Shown here piece by piece: positions 1 to 8,543 of a stretch of DNA of 64,000 nt (within the stretch, counting starts at the first letter, position 1; every line of letters starts with the position of its first letter). The notes below the pieces were generated by a model. It saw only the letters and a program-made list of their open reading frames with translations. It searched no databases and was not told the DNA's origin. The DNA comes from Desulfatiglandales bacterium (GTDB lineage Bacteria > Desulfobacterota > DSM-4660 > Desulfatiglandales > HGW-15). Where the stretch lies: positions 640,001-704,000 of the forward strand of contig CAXXJJ010000001.1 of the NCBI GenBank assembly GCA_963667015.2. The letters are read 5' to 3'. The position numbers and the translations under genes are program-made.

Positions 1-839
1 TTTTAAAACAGGCAGAAAAGGCAAAGGGAAGATGTCTGGGATTTGAAGGCGATAACGTTACATGGACTCTTCATAAAGAGCTAAGTTCAAAACTCAGGAA
101 ACTTCCGTCTCCAGTTCAGATGAAGCCGCTAAATGGTCTGATCGAAAAAATGCGGGAGATAAAGGATAAAACAGAAATAGCCATCATGAAAAAGGCCTCG
201 GATATGATGTCAAAGGTGCTGAACCGGGTCCTTGATACACTGGAACCCGGGCAGACCGAAAAGGAGCTTGCCCGCAGTATAGAGGCCCTTTCCCTTGAGG
301 CCGGGGCCGAAGGCATGGCATTTGACTCGATTGTTGCCTCGGGTCCCAATGCAGCACTGCCCCATGCGGTTCCCACGGATAGAAAAATCAGAAAAAGGGA
401 TCACGTCACATTTGATGTGGGGCTCAAGTTTGATGGATACTGCTGTGATATGACAAGAACGGTTTTTGTGGGGACTCCTGACCGGAAAATAAAGGAGATC
501 TATAAAATAGTAAGGGAAGCACAGCTTGCGGCCCTTGAATATGTGAAGCCGGGCGAAATAAGTACAAAGCCTGATTCAATTGCAAGGGGCATAATAAAAG
601 AGGCCGGCTATGGGGAGTATTTCGGGCATTCTCTTGGTCATGGTGTTGGGCTTGCAACCCATGAGGCCCCCAGGCTCAGTCCGCGTGATCCTGTTAAACT
701 GGAGGAAGGCATGATCGTCACGGTTGAACCCGGCATCTATCTTCCGGGCAAAGGCGGTGTGCGCCTTGAAGAAATGGTTGCCATAGAAAAAAATGGTCCG
801 AATATTTTAACAAAAAATGACAGATATTATGATTTTTAA
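1..839 (+). CDS. Xaa-Pro aminopeptidase (M24 family), 5'-truncated by window edge
   Basis: Frame is open from position 3 to the stop at 839. M24 metal-binding motifs: DVGLKFDGYCCDMTRT, HSLGHGVGL..HE, TVEPGIY, GVRLEE. Confidence 0.92.
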   Translation, partial: LKQAEKAKGRCLGFEGDNVTWTLHKELSSKLRKLPSPVQMKPLNGLIEKMREIKDKTEIAIMKKASDMMSKVLNRVLDTLEPGQTEKELARSIEALSLEAGAEGMAFDSIVASGPNAALPHAVPTDRKIRKRDHVTFDVGLKFDGYCCDMTRTVFVGTPDRKIKEIYKIVREAQLAALEYVKPGEISTKPDSIARGIIKEAGYGEYFGHSLGHGVGLATHEAPRLSPRDPVKLEEGMIVTVEPGIYLPGKGGVRLEEMVAIEKNGPNILTKNDRYYDF

Positions 840-854
840 CAGGCATTATTCATA

Positions 855-1763
855 ATGATGCACAAAGAATCAGACAGCAACAGGCTCCTTGATCAGTTCA
901 TAAGTCACTTGAGGGTTGAGCGGGGGCTTTCGGAAAATACTGTTTCTTCATACAGCAGTGACCTGGTAAAATATTTTAACTACCTTGAAAAAAAGAAGAT
1001 ATCTCCTCCTGTCGCCGGCAGAGAGGACATTGCCGAATATGTCGGTTCAATTAAAAAAAATAATGGTTATTCCGCAAGGACCATTGCCAGAAATATTTCC
1101 GCAATAAAGATGTTTTACCGGTTTCTTATCAGCGAAGGCAGATTGACTGATAATCCTGCAAGGCTGCTCGATCCGGTAAAACTTCCGGGCCGGCTGCCCG
1201 GAACCCTCAGTCATGATGAAGTGGAAAGGCTTCTGGCCGTCCCTGATTACACAACGAGCCTTGGTCAGAGGGACAGCGCAATGCTTGAACTGCTCTACGC
1301 AACGGGATTGAGGGTGTCGGAGCTTGTGGGCCTTCATCTCGTTAATGTAAACCTGGAGCCCGGATTTATCAGGACTGTAGGAAAGGGTTCAAAGGAAAGA
1401 CTCGTTCCAATGGGTGACAAGGCAATGGATGCCATAAAGCTGTATTTGAAATACGGCCGGCCCGACCTGATTAAGGAAAAGAATGCCCCTTACCTTTTTC
1501 TTAATTCAAGGGGATCTTCAATTTCCAGGCAGGGTTTCTGGAAAATTATTAAAAAATATGGCATAATGGCCGGCATAACAAAGAAGATAACGCCTCACAG
1601 CCTGAGACATTCCTTTGCCACCCATTTGCTTGAAGGCGGTGCGGATCTCAGGTCTGTACAGATAATGCTGGGGCATTCGGACATTTCTACAACTCAGATT
1701 TATACCCATGTTAGCAGGGAAAGGCTCAAAAAGATACATGGTAAATATCATCCAAGGCCGTAA
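855..1763 (+). CDS. xerD: Site-specific tyrosine recombinase XerD
   Basis: 302 aa with ERGLSENT, LELLYATGLRVSEL, GKGSKERLVP, PHSLRHSFATHLLEGGADLRSVQIMLGHSDISTTQIYTHV and a C-terminal HPR. Confidence 0.93.
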   Translation: MMHKESDSNRLLDQFISHLRVERGLSENTVSSYSSDLVKYFNYLEKKKISPPVAGREDIAEYVGSIKKNNGYSARTIARNISAIKMFYRFLISEGRLTDNPARLLDPVKLPGRLPGTLSHDEVERLLAVPDYTTSLGQRDSAMLELLYATGLRVSELVGLHLVNVNLEPGFIRTVGKGSKERLVPMGDKAMDAIKLYLKYGRPDLIKEKNAPYLFLNSRGSSISRQGFWKIIKKYGIMAGITKKITPHSLRHSFATHLLEGGADLRSVQIMLGHSDISTTQIYTHVSRERLKKIHGKYHPRP

Positions 1764-1999
1764 CTGCCCTGTAATAAACGGTTTTCTTTTACACAGATAC
1801 AGAATCTTATCCTGAAACAGCCCTTGTTTAAATATTGCTCTATATCTTTCTCCCGGATTTTTTAGGAAGCGGCACTTTTTATGGTTTAATACACTGTTTG
1901 CCTGTTGAAGATTAACGTCTGCACGGACGGCTGTTTTTTAGAAATCCCCTTTTCCCTGCGGGAGAGGCAGGAAAAGAGTCTCATGGAGGTTCAGAGGAA

Positions 2000-3514
2000 A
2001 TGATAAAATCGTATGATAGCAAGAAGATTGAAAATCTGGAATCCAGTCTGGAGAAGAAAAGGCGTGAAATAAGGGAGTTGAAAAAGGTTAACATGTTTTT
2101 AAACTACCTTTATGACGGCATAAGTGAGGAGATCGTGGTAATTGACCAGGATTTTATTATTAATGATGCCAACAGGGCATTTCTGGATAAATGCGGCCTG
2201 ACTAAAAAGGATGTTGTGGGCAAGAAATGTTATGAGCTTAAAGAACGGGAATGGCTTCCCTGTATAACCGGTAAAGGTCAGTGTCCGGCTGAAAAGGCGG
2301 CAAACTCGGGCGAATCAGTCGAGGCAACTGTCACCTATGAAGATGGAAATGGCAATACCCGTGAATATATCATGATCATGTATCCCCTGAAGACAGAAGA
2401 TGACGGCAAAAAGTATTTTCTGGAAATAACAAGGGATGTCACTGAATACCGCCATCTTATACTGAAACTCCAGAGGTCTGAAAAGAGGTTCAAGGCCATA
2501 CTTGATACTGCCACAGATGCCATCATCAGTATTGATGAAAACCACCGGATTATACTCTTTAATAATGCGGCACAGAGGATATTCGGCTACACTGGCCAGG
2601 AGGTGATCGGCGAAGACCTGGCCATTTTAATTCCCCCGGGATACGGGCCTTACCAGGTTTATCTCGAGCGTTTCCTTCGGGACAGTAATTCGGATATCAC
2701 AGGAAAGTCTATTTCGCTTAATGCAATGCGAAAAAATGGCGAGATATTTCCTGTTGATTTCAGCTTGTCTCTTCTCAATATGGGAGGTAAAGTAACCTTT
2801 ACAGCAATAATCAGGGATGTAACCCTTCAGCGCCAGATGGAAAGGAAGATGCTTCAGTCCGAGCGCCTTGCAGCGGTGGGGCAGGCCGTAGCCCATGTTG
2901 CCCATGAAATTAAAAATCCCCTTATGATTATCGGAGGTTTTACGGGCCAGATAAGATCAGTCCTTGAAAGAGAAAAGGATATAAACAAGATAGATATGGT
3001 CCTTGATGAAGTCGCACGGCTCGAAAGGCTTATAGCCAACCTGGGCGATTTCACAAAGGAATATAAGCTTGTGATGAGGCCTGCCGGATTAAATTCGGTA
3101 ATAGGGGATGTTCTTAGTATAATGTCTGGAATTTACAGTGATGAAAAATATCGTTTTGAGAGAGATCTTTCGGATGAGGTTACAGAGATTAACTGTGATC
3201 CGGACAAATTAAAACAGGTATTCATAAACATTATTTCAAACGGAACAGAGGCCATGCCCGCAGGCGGTGCAATAACGATAAGGACGGAAAAAACGAGTGA
3301 AGGAGTGGAAATCAGCATAGGTGACGAAGGCAGGGGCATGACCAGCGAAGAATTAAAGGATATTTTTGAACCCTTTTACACTACAAGAGAAAAGGGAACC
3401 GGATTGGGGCTGGCAATCTCGTATAAGATTGTCCAGGCCCATAATGGAGATATATGGGCGAAAAGTGAGCTCGGGAAAGGGACCACATTTGTTATCCAGA
3501 TCCCGGATTCATAA
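2000..3514 (+). CDS. PAS-domain sensor histidine kinase (NtrB-like)
   Basis: Two PAS domains, H-box AHEIKNPL, N-box QVFINIISN, G boxes DEGRG and GTGLGL. Confidence 0.9.
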   Translation: MIKSYDSKKIENLESSLEKKRREIRELKKVNMFLNYLYDGISEEIVVIDQDFIINDANRAFLDKCGLTKKDVVGKKCYELKEREWLPCITGKGQCPAEKAANSGESVEATVTYEDGNGNTREYIMIMYPLKTEDDGKKYFLEITRDVTEYRHLILKLQRSEKRFKAILDTATDAIISIDENHRIILFNNAAQRIFGYTGQEVIGEDLAILIPPGYGPYQVYLERFLRDSNSDITGKSISLNAMRKNGEIFPVDFSLSLLNMGGKVTFTAIIRDVTLQRQMERKMLQSERLAAVGQAVAHVAHEIKNPLMIIGGFTGQIRSVLEREKDINKIDMVLDEVARLERLIANLGDFTKEYKLVMRPAGLNSVIGDVLSIMSGIYSDEKYRFERDLSDEVTEINCDPDKLKQVFINIISNGTEAMPAGGAITIRTEKTSEGVEISIGDEGRGMTSEELKDIFEPFYTTREKGTGLGLAISYKIVQAHNGDIWAKSELGKGTTFVIQIPDS

Positions 3515-3544
3515 AAAAATAGAAAAATTTATTCAAAATATCCA

Positions 3545-3573
3545 TTGACTAGGGTAATGAGTAGTGCTATATA
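3545..3573 (+). promoter_or_regulatory. Sigma-70 promoter of tRNA-Met
   Basis: TTGACT-17 nt-TATATA with an extended TG, 16 nt upstream of the tRNA 5' end. Confidence 0.65.
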
Positions 3574-3589
3574 ACGGGGCTTACTTTGA

Positions 3590-3666
3590 CGCGGGGTGGA
3601 GCAGTCAGGTAGCTCGTCGGGCTCATAACCCGAAGGCCAGAGGTTCGAATCCTCTCCCCGCTACCA
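3590..3666 (+). tRNA. tRNA-fMet (initiator, anticodon CAT)
   Basis: 77 nt, CGCGGGG...CCCCGCTACCA. C1:A72 mismatch, anticodon arm TCGGG-CTCATAA-CCCGA with three G-C pairs, T-loop GGTTCGAATCC, encoded CCA. Confidence 0.97.
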
Positions 3667-3697
3667 ATAAAAATTAATATATTCAGATAGTTATAAT

Positions 3698-3729
3698 GAC
3701 TTGCACTTTTTAGGGTGTAGGTCTTTTTT
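3698..3729 (+). terminator. Intrinsic terminator after tRNA
   Basis: GACTTGCACTT...GGGTGTAGGTC hairpin followed by a T-run. Confidence 0.7.
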
Positions 3730-4011
3730 GTTTGTGGGCCACATTTGGGGCTCTTTTTTCAGGTAAAATTAGCTCATACGGGCTAGTTTATTTACAAGTA
3801 TGGAAATTAGTCGGTTAGTAATTTTTCTAAAAGAAATGGAGTATTATTGGACTTATCTAAGTACATACCCCTTTGTCATTAACCTGTTTTAATGATTGCT
3901 TAATAATTATTATTCATTACTCATTGTCCGATTCCGTCCCATGTAGACGGGCTGTTGATGCACGTTGATTTTGCATGACTTTCTGACAAATCGATTAGAA
4001 TGAGTAAAGTA

Positions 4012-4168
4012 TGTAAAAGTTTACCAATAGCGGCGAACTTTTTCACATAGATATTGGTAAGTCTTTACACATCTTTTCTTAGTATCCTTCTGTTTATCCT
4101 GTATCTAGCTGATATGCTTATAAAATAAAAATATTCCCATTCTATTTTTATCGGCATGCTTTTTGTAA
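4012..4168 (+). promoter_or_regulatory. Enhancer boxes plus sigma-54 promoter of PEP-CTERM gene 1
   Basis: TGTAAAAGTTTACCA (4012) and TGGTAAGTCTTTACA (ends 4069) form an inverted pair. CGGCATGCTTTTTGT is a -24/-12-like site (GG at 4153, -12 is GT). Spacing matches 12453-12605. Confidence 0.65.
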
Positions 4169-4281
4169 TCCTTTTTATACATTGTTAATTTTATTCAAAT
4201 CCCTGGTAGGATGTCTGAATGAGCATCTTTACTTTTGATTTGTATCGTAAAGTTTTATTTATTCATGGAGGTTTATTGATT

Positions 4282-4899
4282 ATGAAAAAATTGATAGTTG
4301 TTGCATTTATGAGTTTATTTTTATTTTCTGGAATGGCCCACGCAACTCTCTATGATCGAGGGGGAGGCTTGATTTATGACGATGTTTTGGACATTACTTG
4401 GCTTCAGGATGCCAATTATGCCAAGACAAATAATGATGATACTGATGGACTAATGAGTTGGAATGATGCAAATGCTTGGGTTCAAGGACTTGATTATGGT
4501 GGATATGATGACTGGCGTTTGCCCGATGCTTATATTTATGAAGATACCAATGGGCCTGAGTATGGACTAAATGTAATCACTAGTGAATTGGGATATATGT
4601 TTAATATTAATCTTGAAGGAGACCTTAGCAATAATAATATCTTTGAAGGAATCGATACTTGGTTCTATTGGACGGATACGCCTATAACCGTTACGTGGAG
4701 TAGTACTCCACGTGCATGGGCATTTTCTGCCGGTAATTTCAGTCAGTCTTATTACACTCAAAACAACATTATGGCTGCCTGGGCAGTAAGGGGTGGTGAT
4801 GTGGGTTCCGCCCCCGTTCCAGAACCAACTACAATGCTCCTACTTGGTTCTGGTATAGTCGGACTTGCAGGTTTTCGCAGAAAATTCAAAAAGTCATAA
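4282..4899 (+). CDS. PEP-CTERM surface protein with DUF1566/Lcl-like domain
   Basis: GGAGG RBS then ATG at 4282. Signal peptide MKKLIVVAF..AHA. Motifs IYDDVLDITWLQDAN, GYDDWRLP, AWAVRGGDV. C-terminal PVPEPTTMLLLGSGIVGLAGFRRKFKKS. Confidence 0.9.
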   Translation: MKKLIVVAFMSLFLFSGMAHATLYDRGGGLIYDDVLDITWLQDANYAKTNNDDTDGLMSWNDANAWVQGLDYGGYDDWRLPDAYIYEDTNGPEYGLNVITSELGYMFNINLEGDLSNNNIFEGIDTWFYWTDTPITVTWSSTPRAWAFSAGNFSQSYYTQNNIMAAWAVRGGDVGSAPVPEPTTMLLLGSGIVGLAGFRRKFKKS

Positions 4900-4926
4900 T
4901 AGATTATTGCATATAAAGTCATACAC

Positions 4927-4967
4927 AGGCAGGGTCTTTAATTGATTGACCTTGCCTTTATATTTTT
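4927..4967 (+). terminator. Intrinsic terminator
   Basis: AGGCAGGGTC...GACCTTGCCT hairpin with a T-rich tail. Similar to 13822-13854. Confidence 0.65.
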
Positions 4968-5292
4968 ACCGATTATAGGATATCTATAGCAACCGCACTG
5001 CCCAAACTCTCCAACTGCCCGACATCCCAACATCATTGATTGTGGCACTACCGCCAACTACCCTGATATGCACATCCATTATTTTCAGTTCATTTCAATT
5101 CATTTGAGTGAATTTCAGTGCGTTTCGATTACAAATCAACCCAGATTAAGTGCGCCCTCATTTGTGCCCTTTCAGTCGGATATTAGATATAAAATAAAGG
5201 AAAAAGTATCTTTGTAGGAATATGACTTATCGCTTTTAACTTCGGGGGTTTGGTGGATATTTGATGATGGTGTTTGTTTCACAAACAAAACC

Positions 5293-5413
5293 CTCATAAC
5301 CCGAAGGCCAGAGGTTCGAATCCGCTCCCCGCTACCAATAAAAATTAAGTATATTCAAGTTGTTATATCAGCTTACACTTTTTTGGAGTGTAGGCTTTTT
5401 TTGTTTATGCCAC
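5293..5413 (+). repeat. att-like duplicate of tRNA-Met 3' half plus downstream terminator region
   Basis: CTCATAACCCGAAGGCCAGAGGTTCGAATCCGCTCCCCGCTACCAATAAAAATTAA matches 3622-3677 with one mismatch. Weaker similarity continues through the terminator. Confidence 0.92.
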
Positions 5414-5414
5414 C

Positions 5415-5618
5415 CTAATCTTCAAAAGAGAAGGGATTAAGGAACTGGCGTTTCCATAGATGTCTCTTATCTATCTCACTAAGCTGTGCCTCTTCGCATA
5501 CTTCATCCCAGTTTTTTCTGATAACATTCTCAATATGGTCAAGTATCGACAGGGTATCTTCTTTGGACAAAAGGAAGTGGTGCGCGGCTTCCCTGTTTTG
5601 TCTGCTAGAAGTCATCAT
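5415..5618 (-). pseudogene. HipA-family toxin remnant (large internal deletion)
   Basis: Start overlaps the end of the XRE gene. Only 67 aa remain, matching the C-terminal signature (HFLLS..IRKNWDEVCEEAQLS..LWKRQFLNPF) recalled from HipA-domain proteins. The kinase core is absent. Confidence 0.65.
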
Positions 5619-5937
5619 GAACTTCCCTTACTCTTTTCCGGATTCGTCCCGGAAGCAAAGCAATTTTACTTTTTGCAAGATCAATGCTGGTTTCAAGGGG
5701 CTGGCGGTTCTGTTCAAACAGGTTTATTCCAACCAGCGCAGCAGTCTCAAATACAAGTCCTATAGCAGGGGTCATTTCACCCGCTTCTATTTTTTGAAGT
5801 GTTGTCCTTGAAATACCGGCTCTGTCAGCAAGGTCTTGCTCGGTCCATTTACGTTCCTTGCGCCCAAGCCTTATTTGCTGGCCAAGGAGTAAAACAGCTT
5901 CTTTTGTGTATTTTGAATAAGTTCTTTTTATTGACAT
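5605..5937 (-). CDS. XRE-family HTH antitoxin (HipB-like)
   Basis: HTH LGQQIRLGRKERKWTEQDLADRAGISRTTLQKIEAGE; its 3' end overlaps the hipA remnant. Confidence 0.85.
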   Translation of the reverse strand: MSIKRTYSKYTKEAVLLLGQQIRLGRKERKWTEQDLADRAGISRTTLQKIEAGEMTPAIGLVFETAALVGINLFEQNRQPLETSIDLAKSKIALLPGRIRKRVREVHDDF

Positions 5938-5957
5938 GAATATAAACCTGATGATTA

Positions 5958-6008
5958 ATGATTATTATATTAATCATAAAATAATTTAATGACCATTATA
6001 TTGATCAT
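5958..6008. promoter_or_regulatory. Two 20-bp palindromic operators upstream of the HipB-like gene
   Basis: ATGATTATTATATTAATCAT (5958-5977) and ATGACCATTATATTGATCAT (5989-6008). Confidence 0.65.
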
Positions 6009-6321
6009 TTAATAAATTTTCAAGGGGAATTTTATAACCGGGGCTTATTTGGCTCTTATATCTATTATATCGATAGGGCGTAATGTCGTGTCATGTATCA
6101 ACTGTCATCTCGACTGCAAGGAGAGATCTTGCTTTTAAAAGAATAAAAAGAATTCTCCCAGAGTTTACCCGGCATAGCATTTACCAGTGCCTGCCCCTGA
6201 GTTTTTTACGTATCGGTGCATATCAACAGAATCTTGATTTAAACTGAAATTACAGTAAAATTAGCCCGATTTATCTGATACAAATATTTCAATAAAGTTA
6301 ATTTAATATATGGAGAAAATT

Positions 6322-6505
6322 TTGAGCACTTATACAGCCATAATTCATAAAGAAGACGACCTTTACAGAATGCCCTGAAATTGGTACTGCAAGTCAGGGA
6401 GAAACTATTGAGGAGGCAGTTAAAAATCTGCAGGAAGAACAGAACTTTATCTTGAAGAGTTTCCGATAAATCAAATCTCCCGGTCTATTCTCACCTTTCA
6501 ATAAC
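6322..6505 (+). pseudogene. HicB-family antitoxin pseudogene (two frameshifts)
   Basis: GGAG then TTG. Three frames join to STYTAIIHKEDDLY / ECPEIGTASQGETIEEAVKNLQE / TELYLEEFP. Confidence 0.8.
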
Positions 6506-6857
6506 ATCCGACTTCTGGACTCAGACCTCCGTGGCAAGGCATAACCTTAATGAGACGCCGACTGGTTTTTACTAATCTTGAATATTGAATATTGAACTTT
6601 GAATCAACACATCTAACCGCCTATAGACTAAACCGCTTTAACTTGTATTTCACTGTGTTTTCTGATCACTGACCTCCCTCTTTTTCCCTTGCTTTTTAAG
6701 TCTATTAGTCTTAAATCTAACCCCATTATACCTATCGTGGTATAAAAAAATTCTGCTATAAAGCGCCTTGGCGCTTCATCATATATAGTAATTTTGTCGT
6801 CATTCCACTGCGTGACTGTGGAATCCAGTTGTTTTTAATTTGAAATTATTTGGGAAC

Positions 6858-6881
6858 TGTCAAATGTCAAGGGCAGACCCC
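6858..6881. repeat. REP-like element, copy 1 (inverted relative to 8225 and 8521)
   Basis: TGTCAAATGTCAAGGGCAGACCCC is close to the reverse complement of 8521-8543. Confidence 0.7.
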
Positions 6882-6965
6882 GATTTGTTCATTGATTTAC
6901 AAACAAGTCATCTTGCCTTAATTATTTTTGCTAAAATTATAATATTGCTTTTATGGGGCATTTCT

Positions 6966-7379
6966 ATGAAGAAATATATGGACCAAGAGCAGTTTGATTA
7001 TTGTGTTTGTTTTATAGCGTTATCATCATTAATTACTGAGCATACTGAAACTGAATTAATAGAAATGGTTTGGCAGGAATATGAGAAATACATTCTCGAT
7101 GACCATATACAGTTTAAAATAGATGCTTCACTCGCAACAACAAAAGCTAAACAAAAACTTACAGAATTAGAGGTTTCTTCTTATCCGGCCTTTCTTAAAG
7201 CCTTCCAGGGCTATATCGAGAATTACAATTTAGACGGTACAAAAAAATCTTCATTAAAAAAGATGCTTTCCGGTGCACTGTTCCAAAAATCTAAACAAAA
7301 CCCAAATCGTGTTGAAGATTTCATAAAGCGGATGACTTTATTTTACGCAAAAATTATTACGGGAGCATACACACCTTAA
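6966..7379 (+). CDS. Hypothetical protein
   Basis: AT-rich ORF of 137 aa. ATG at 6966 is preferred because the longer start runs through the repeat. Confidence 0.55.
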   Translation: MKKYMDQEQFDYCVCFIALSSLITEHTETELIEMVWQEYEKYILDDHIQFKIDASLATTKAKQKLTELEVSSYPAFLKAFQGYIENYNLDGTKKSSLKKMLSGALFQKSKQNPNRVEDFIKRMTLFYAKIITGAYTP

Positions 7380-7396
7380 GTTATAGAGAAAAAATC

Positions 7397-8020
7397 ATGA
7401 AAATTATTAACGGAAAAAGTGAAATAGAGCATTCGACAGAACGAATAATTGAGGCGATAAAAGCAGAGCATGCGAAAGAGAATCGTACAGAATCTTTCTT
7501 TCATAAAATTAAAAACAATAAGATACTATCTATTATTATAATTTTTGGAATAATTGTAATAGGCGTTGGCACATTCACAGATTCATTAGATAAAATTTTT
7601 ATCCCTCTGAAAAAAGCATATAGAATATTTATCAATGAAAAAAAGACTATTCAAATGAATGCTACTCATAACAAAAATTTAGAACTTCCAATCATCTCTT
7701 CCTGGGAACCTTCTAATAATCTCATGACCTATACCTTAATAGGGAAAAATTTTGGGAAAACACCTGGGAAAATATCATTGTTATTAAAAGTATCTCATCC
7801 ACCTGATTCGATGAATTCTGAAAGCTATGAGACTGAAGAAGTGATTAGATTTCAATCGAGTGATATAAAAAAGTGGACTGACTCAATGGTTGTTTGTCAA
7901 AAAGAAAAAATATTGGACTCAATAGGGCAAGGAGTTATTGTTGATGTGGACTTTTACCTTGAAAGGCCTGATAGTAAATATTCCTACACAAGTAAATGGA
8001 ATCCGAATATATCACCTTAA
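7397..8020 (+). CDS. Hypothetical single-pass membrane protein, possibly with an IPT/Ig-like domain
   Basis: One TM segment ILSIIIIFGIIVIGVG. PIISSW..TLIGKNFGKTPGKI..KWTDSMVVC resembles the IPT/TIG pattern. Confidence 0.6.
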   Translation: MKIINGKSEIEHSTERIIEAIKAEHAKENRTESFFHKIKNNKILSIIIIFGIIVIGVGTFTDSLDKIFIPLKKAYRIFINEKKTIQMNATHNKNLELPIISSWEPSNNLMTYTLIGKNFGKTPGKISLLLKVSHPPDSMNSESYETEEVIRFQSSDIKKWTDSMVVCQKEKILDSIGQGVIVDVDFYLERPDSKYSYTSKWNPNISP

Positions 8021-8036
8021 ATAATTATAGCTAAAT

Positions 8037-8282
8037 ATGGGCGCAATCATAATTATATTTCCTATTGGTATTATAACGATTATAGCATATTTCATTGTAT
8101 CACCTGAAATTGCTGTTTGGATTACTTTATGTTGTTTGATGGTATGGAATATCTTTTCTCTTATTAAAAGTTTCACCCTTTATAGGTCTTTTGTTAGAGG
8201 GGCACCTATTAAAGTGAACATACCGGGGTTAACCCTTGACATTGAGAAGCGCCGATTAAAACCGGCAGGTAACAGGGGATGA
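8037..8282 (+). pseudogene. Small membrane protein, probably truncated by repeat/intron insertion
   Basis: Two TM segments. The last roughly 19 codons are read through the REP-like repeat and the intron fragment. Confidence 0.45.
8225..8245. repeat. REP-like element, copy 2
   Basis: GGGGTTAACCCTTGACATTGA. Confidence 0.65.
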
Positions 8283-8512
8283 AAGTTCCCTATGGTGAAG
8301 GGATAACTACCCACACCAGCCCCGAGTCATGCGGCGATAATGGTATCATTATAACCGAAGCGTTGACAGGGGAAAGTGCAGGCTGAGTATTGAGCCTCGT
8401 AATAGGGCTAAGTTCAAGTGTCGATGTGATTCATTGCAACAGAAGACAACATCTTATGATCCGAAATGGTGAGGATTATAAGAACTTGGCGGGGTTGGAG
8501 ACCTCATGCATG
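8246..8512 (+). mobile_element. Group II intron 5' fragment (domain I remnant)
   Basis: Blocks recognised from bacterial group II intron DI: GGATGAAAG, CCACACC..CCCCGAGTCATGCG, CGAAGCGTTGACAGGGGAAAGTGCAGGC..GTATTGAGCC, GAAGACAACA, GAGACC..GCATG. No RT ORF or domain V follows. Confidence 0.75.
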
Positions 8513-8520
8513 AAAAGCTC

Positions 8521-8543
8521 GGGGTCAGCCCTTGACATTGACA
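8521..8543. repeat. REP-like element, copy 3
   Basis: GGGGTCAGCCCTTGACATTGACA. Confidence 0.7.

Larger units (their letters stand above)
3622..5337. mobile_element. tRNA-Met-integrated mini-islet 1 (about 1.7 kb, PEP-CTERM cargo, no integrase)
   Basis: Bounded by a 45-bp direct repeat of the tRNA 3' half (3622-3666 and 5293-5337, 44/45 identical). Confidence 0.75.

Noticed and set aside
855..1763. xerD as the integrase of the tRNA islets
   Set aside because: It has a typical housekeeping XerD sequence and context, lies outside the att repeats, and has no arm-binding N-terminal extension.
1764..1999. Riboswitch upstream of the histidine kinase
   Set aside because: A hairpin is present near 1951-1974, but I could not match any riboswitch consensus.
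4282..4899. Diversity-generating retroelement target (DUF1566-like domain)
   Set aside because: No template repeat or reverse transcriptase is in the window. A remote DGR cannot be excluded.
5293..5337. Second functional tRNA-Met (also 12272-12322)
   Set aside because: The 5' acceptor strand and D-arm are absent and the T-stem is mismatched. These are att fragments only.
6840..6965. N-terminal extension of ORF 6840-7379
   Set aside because: It reads through the REP-like repeat. ATG at 6966 is more plausible.
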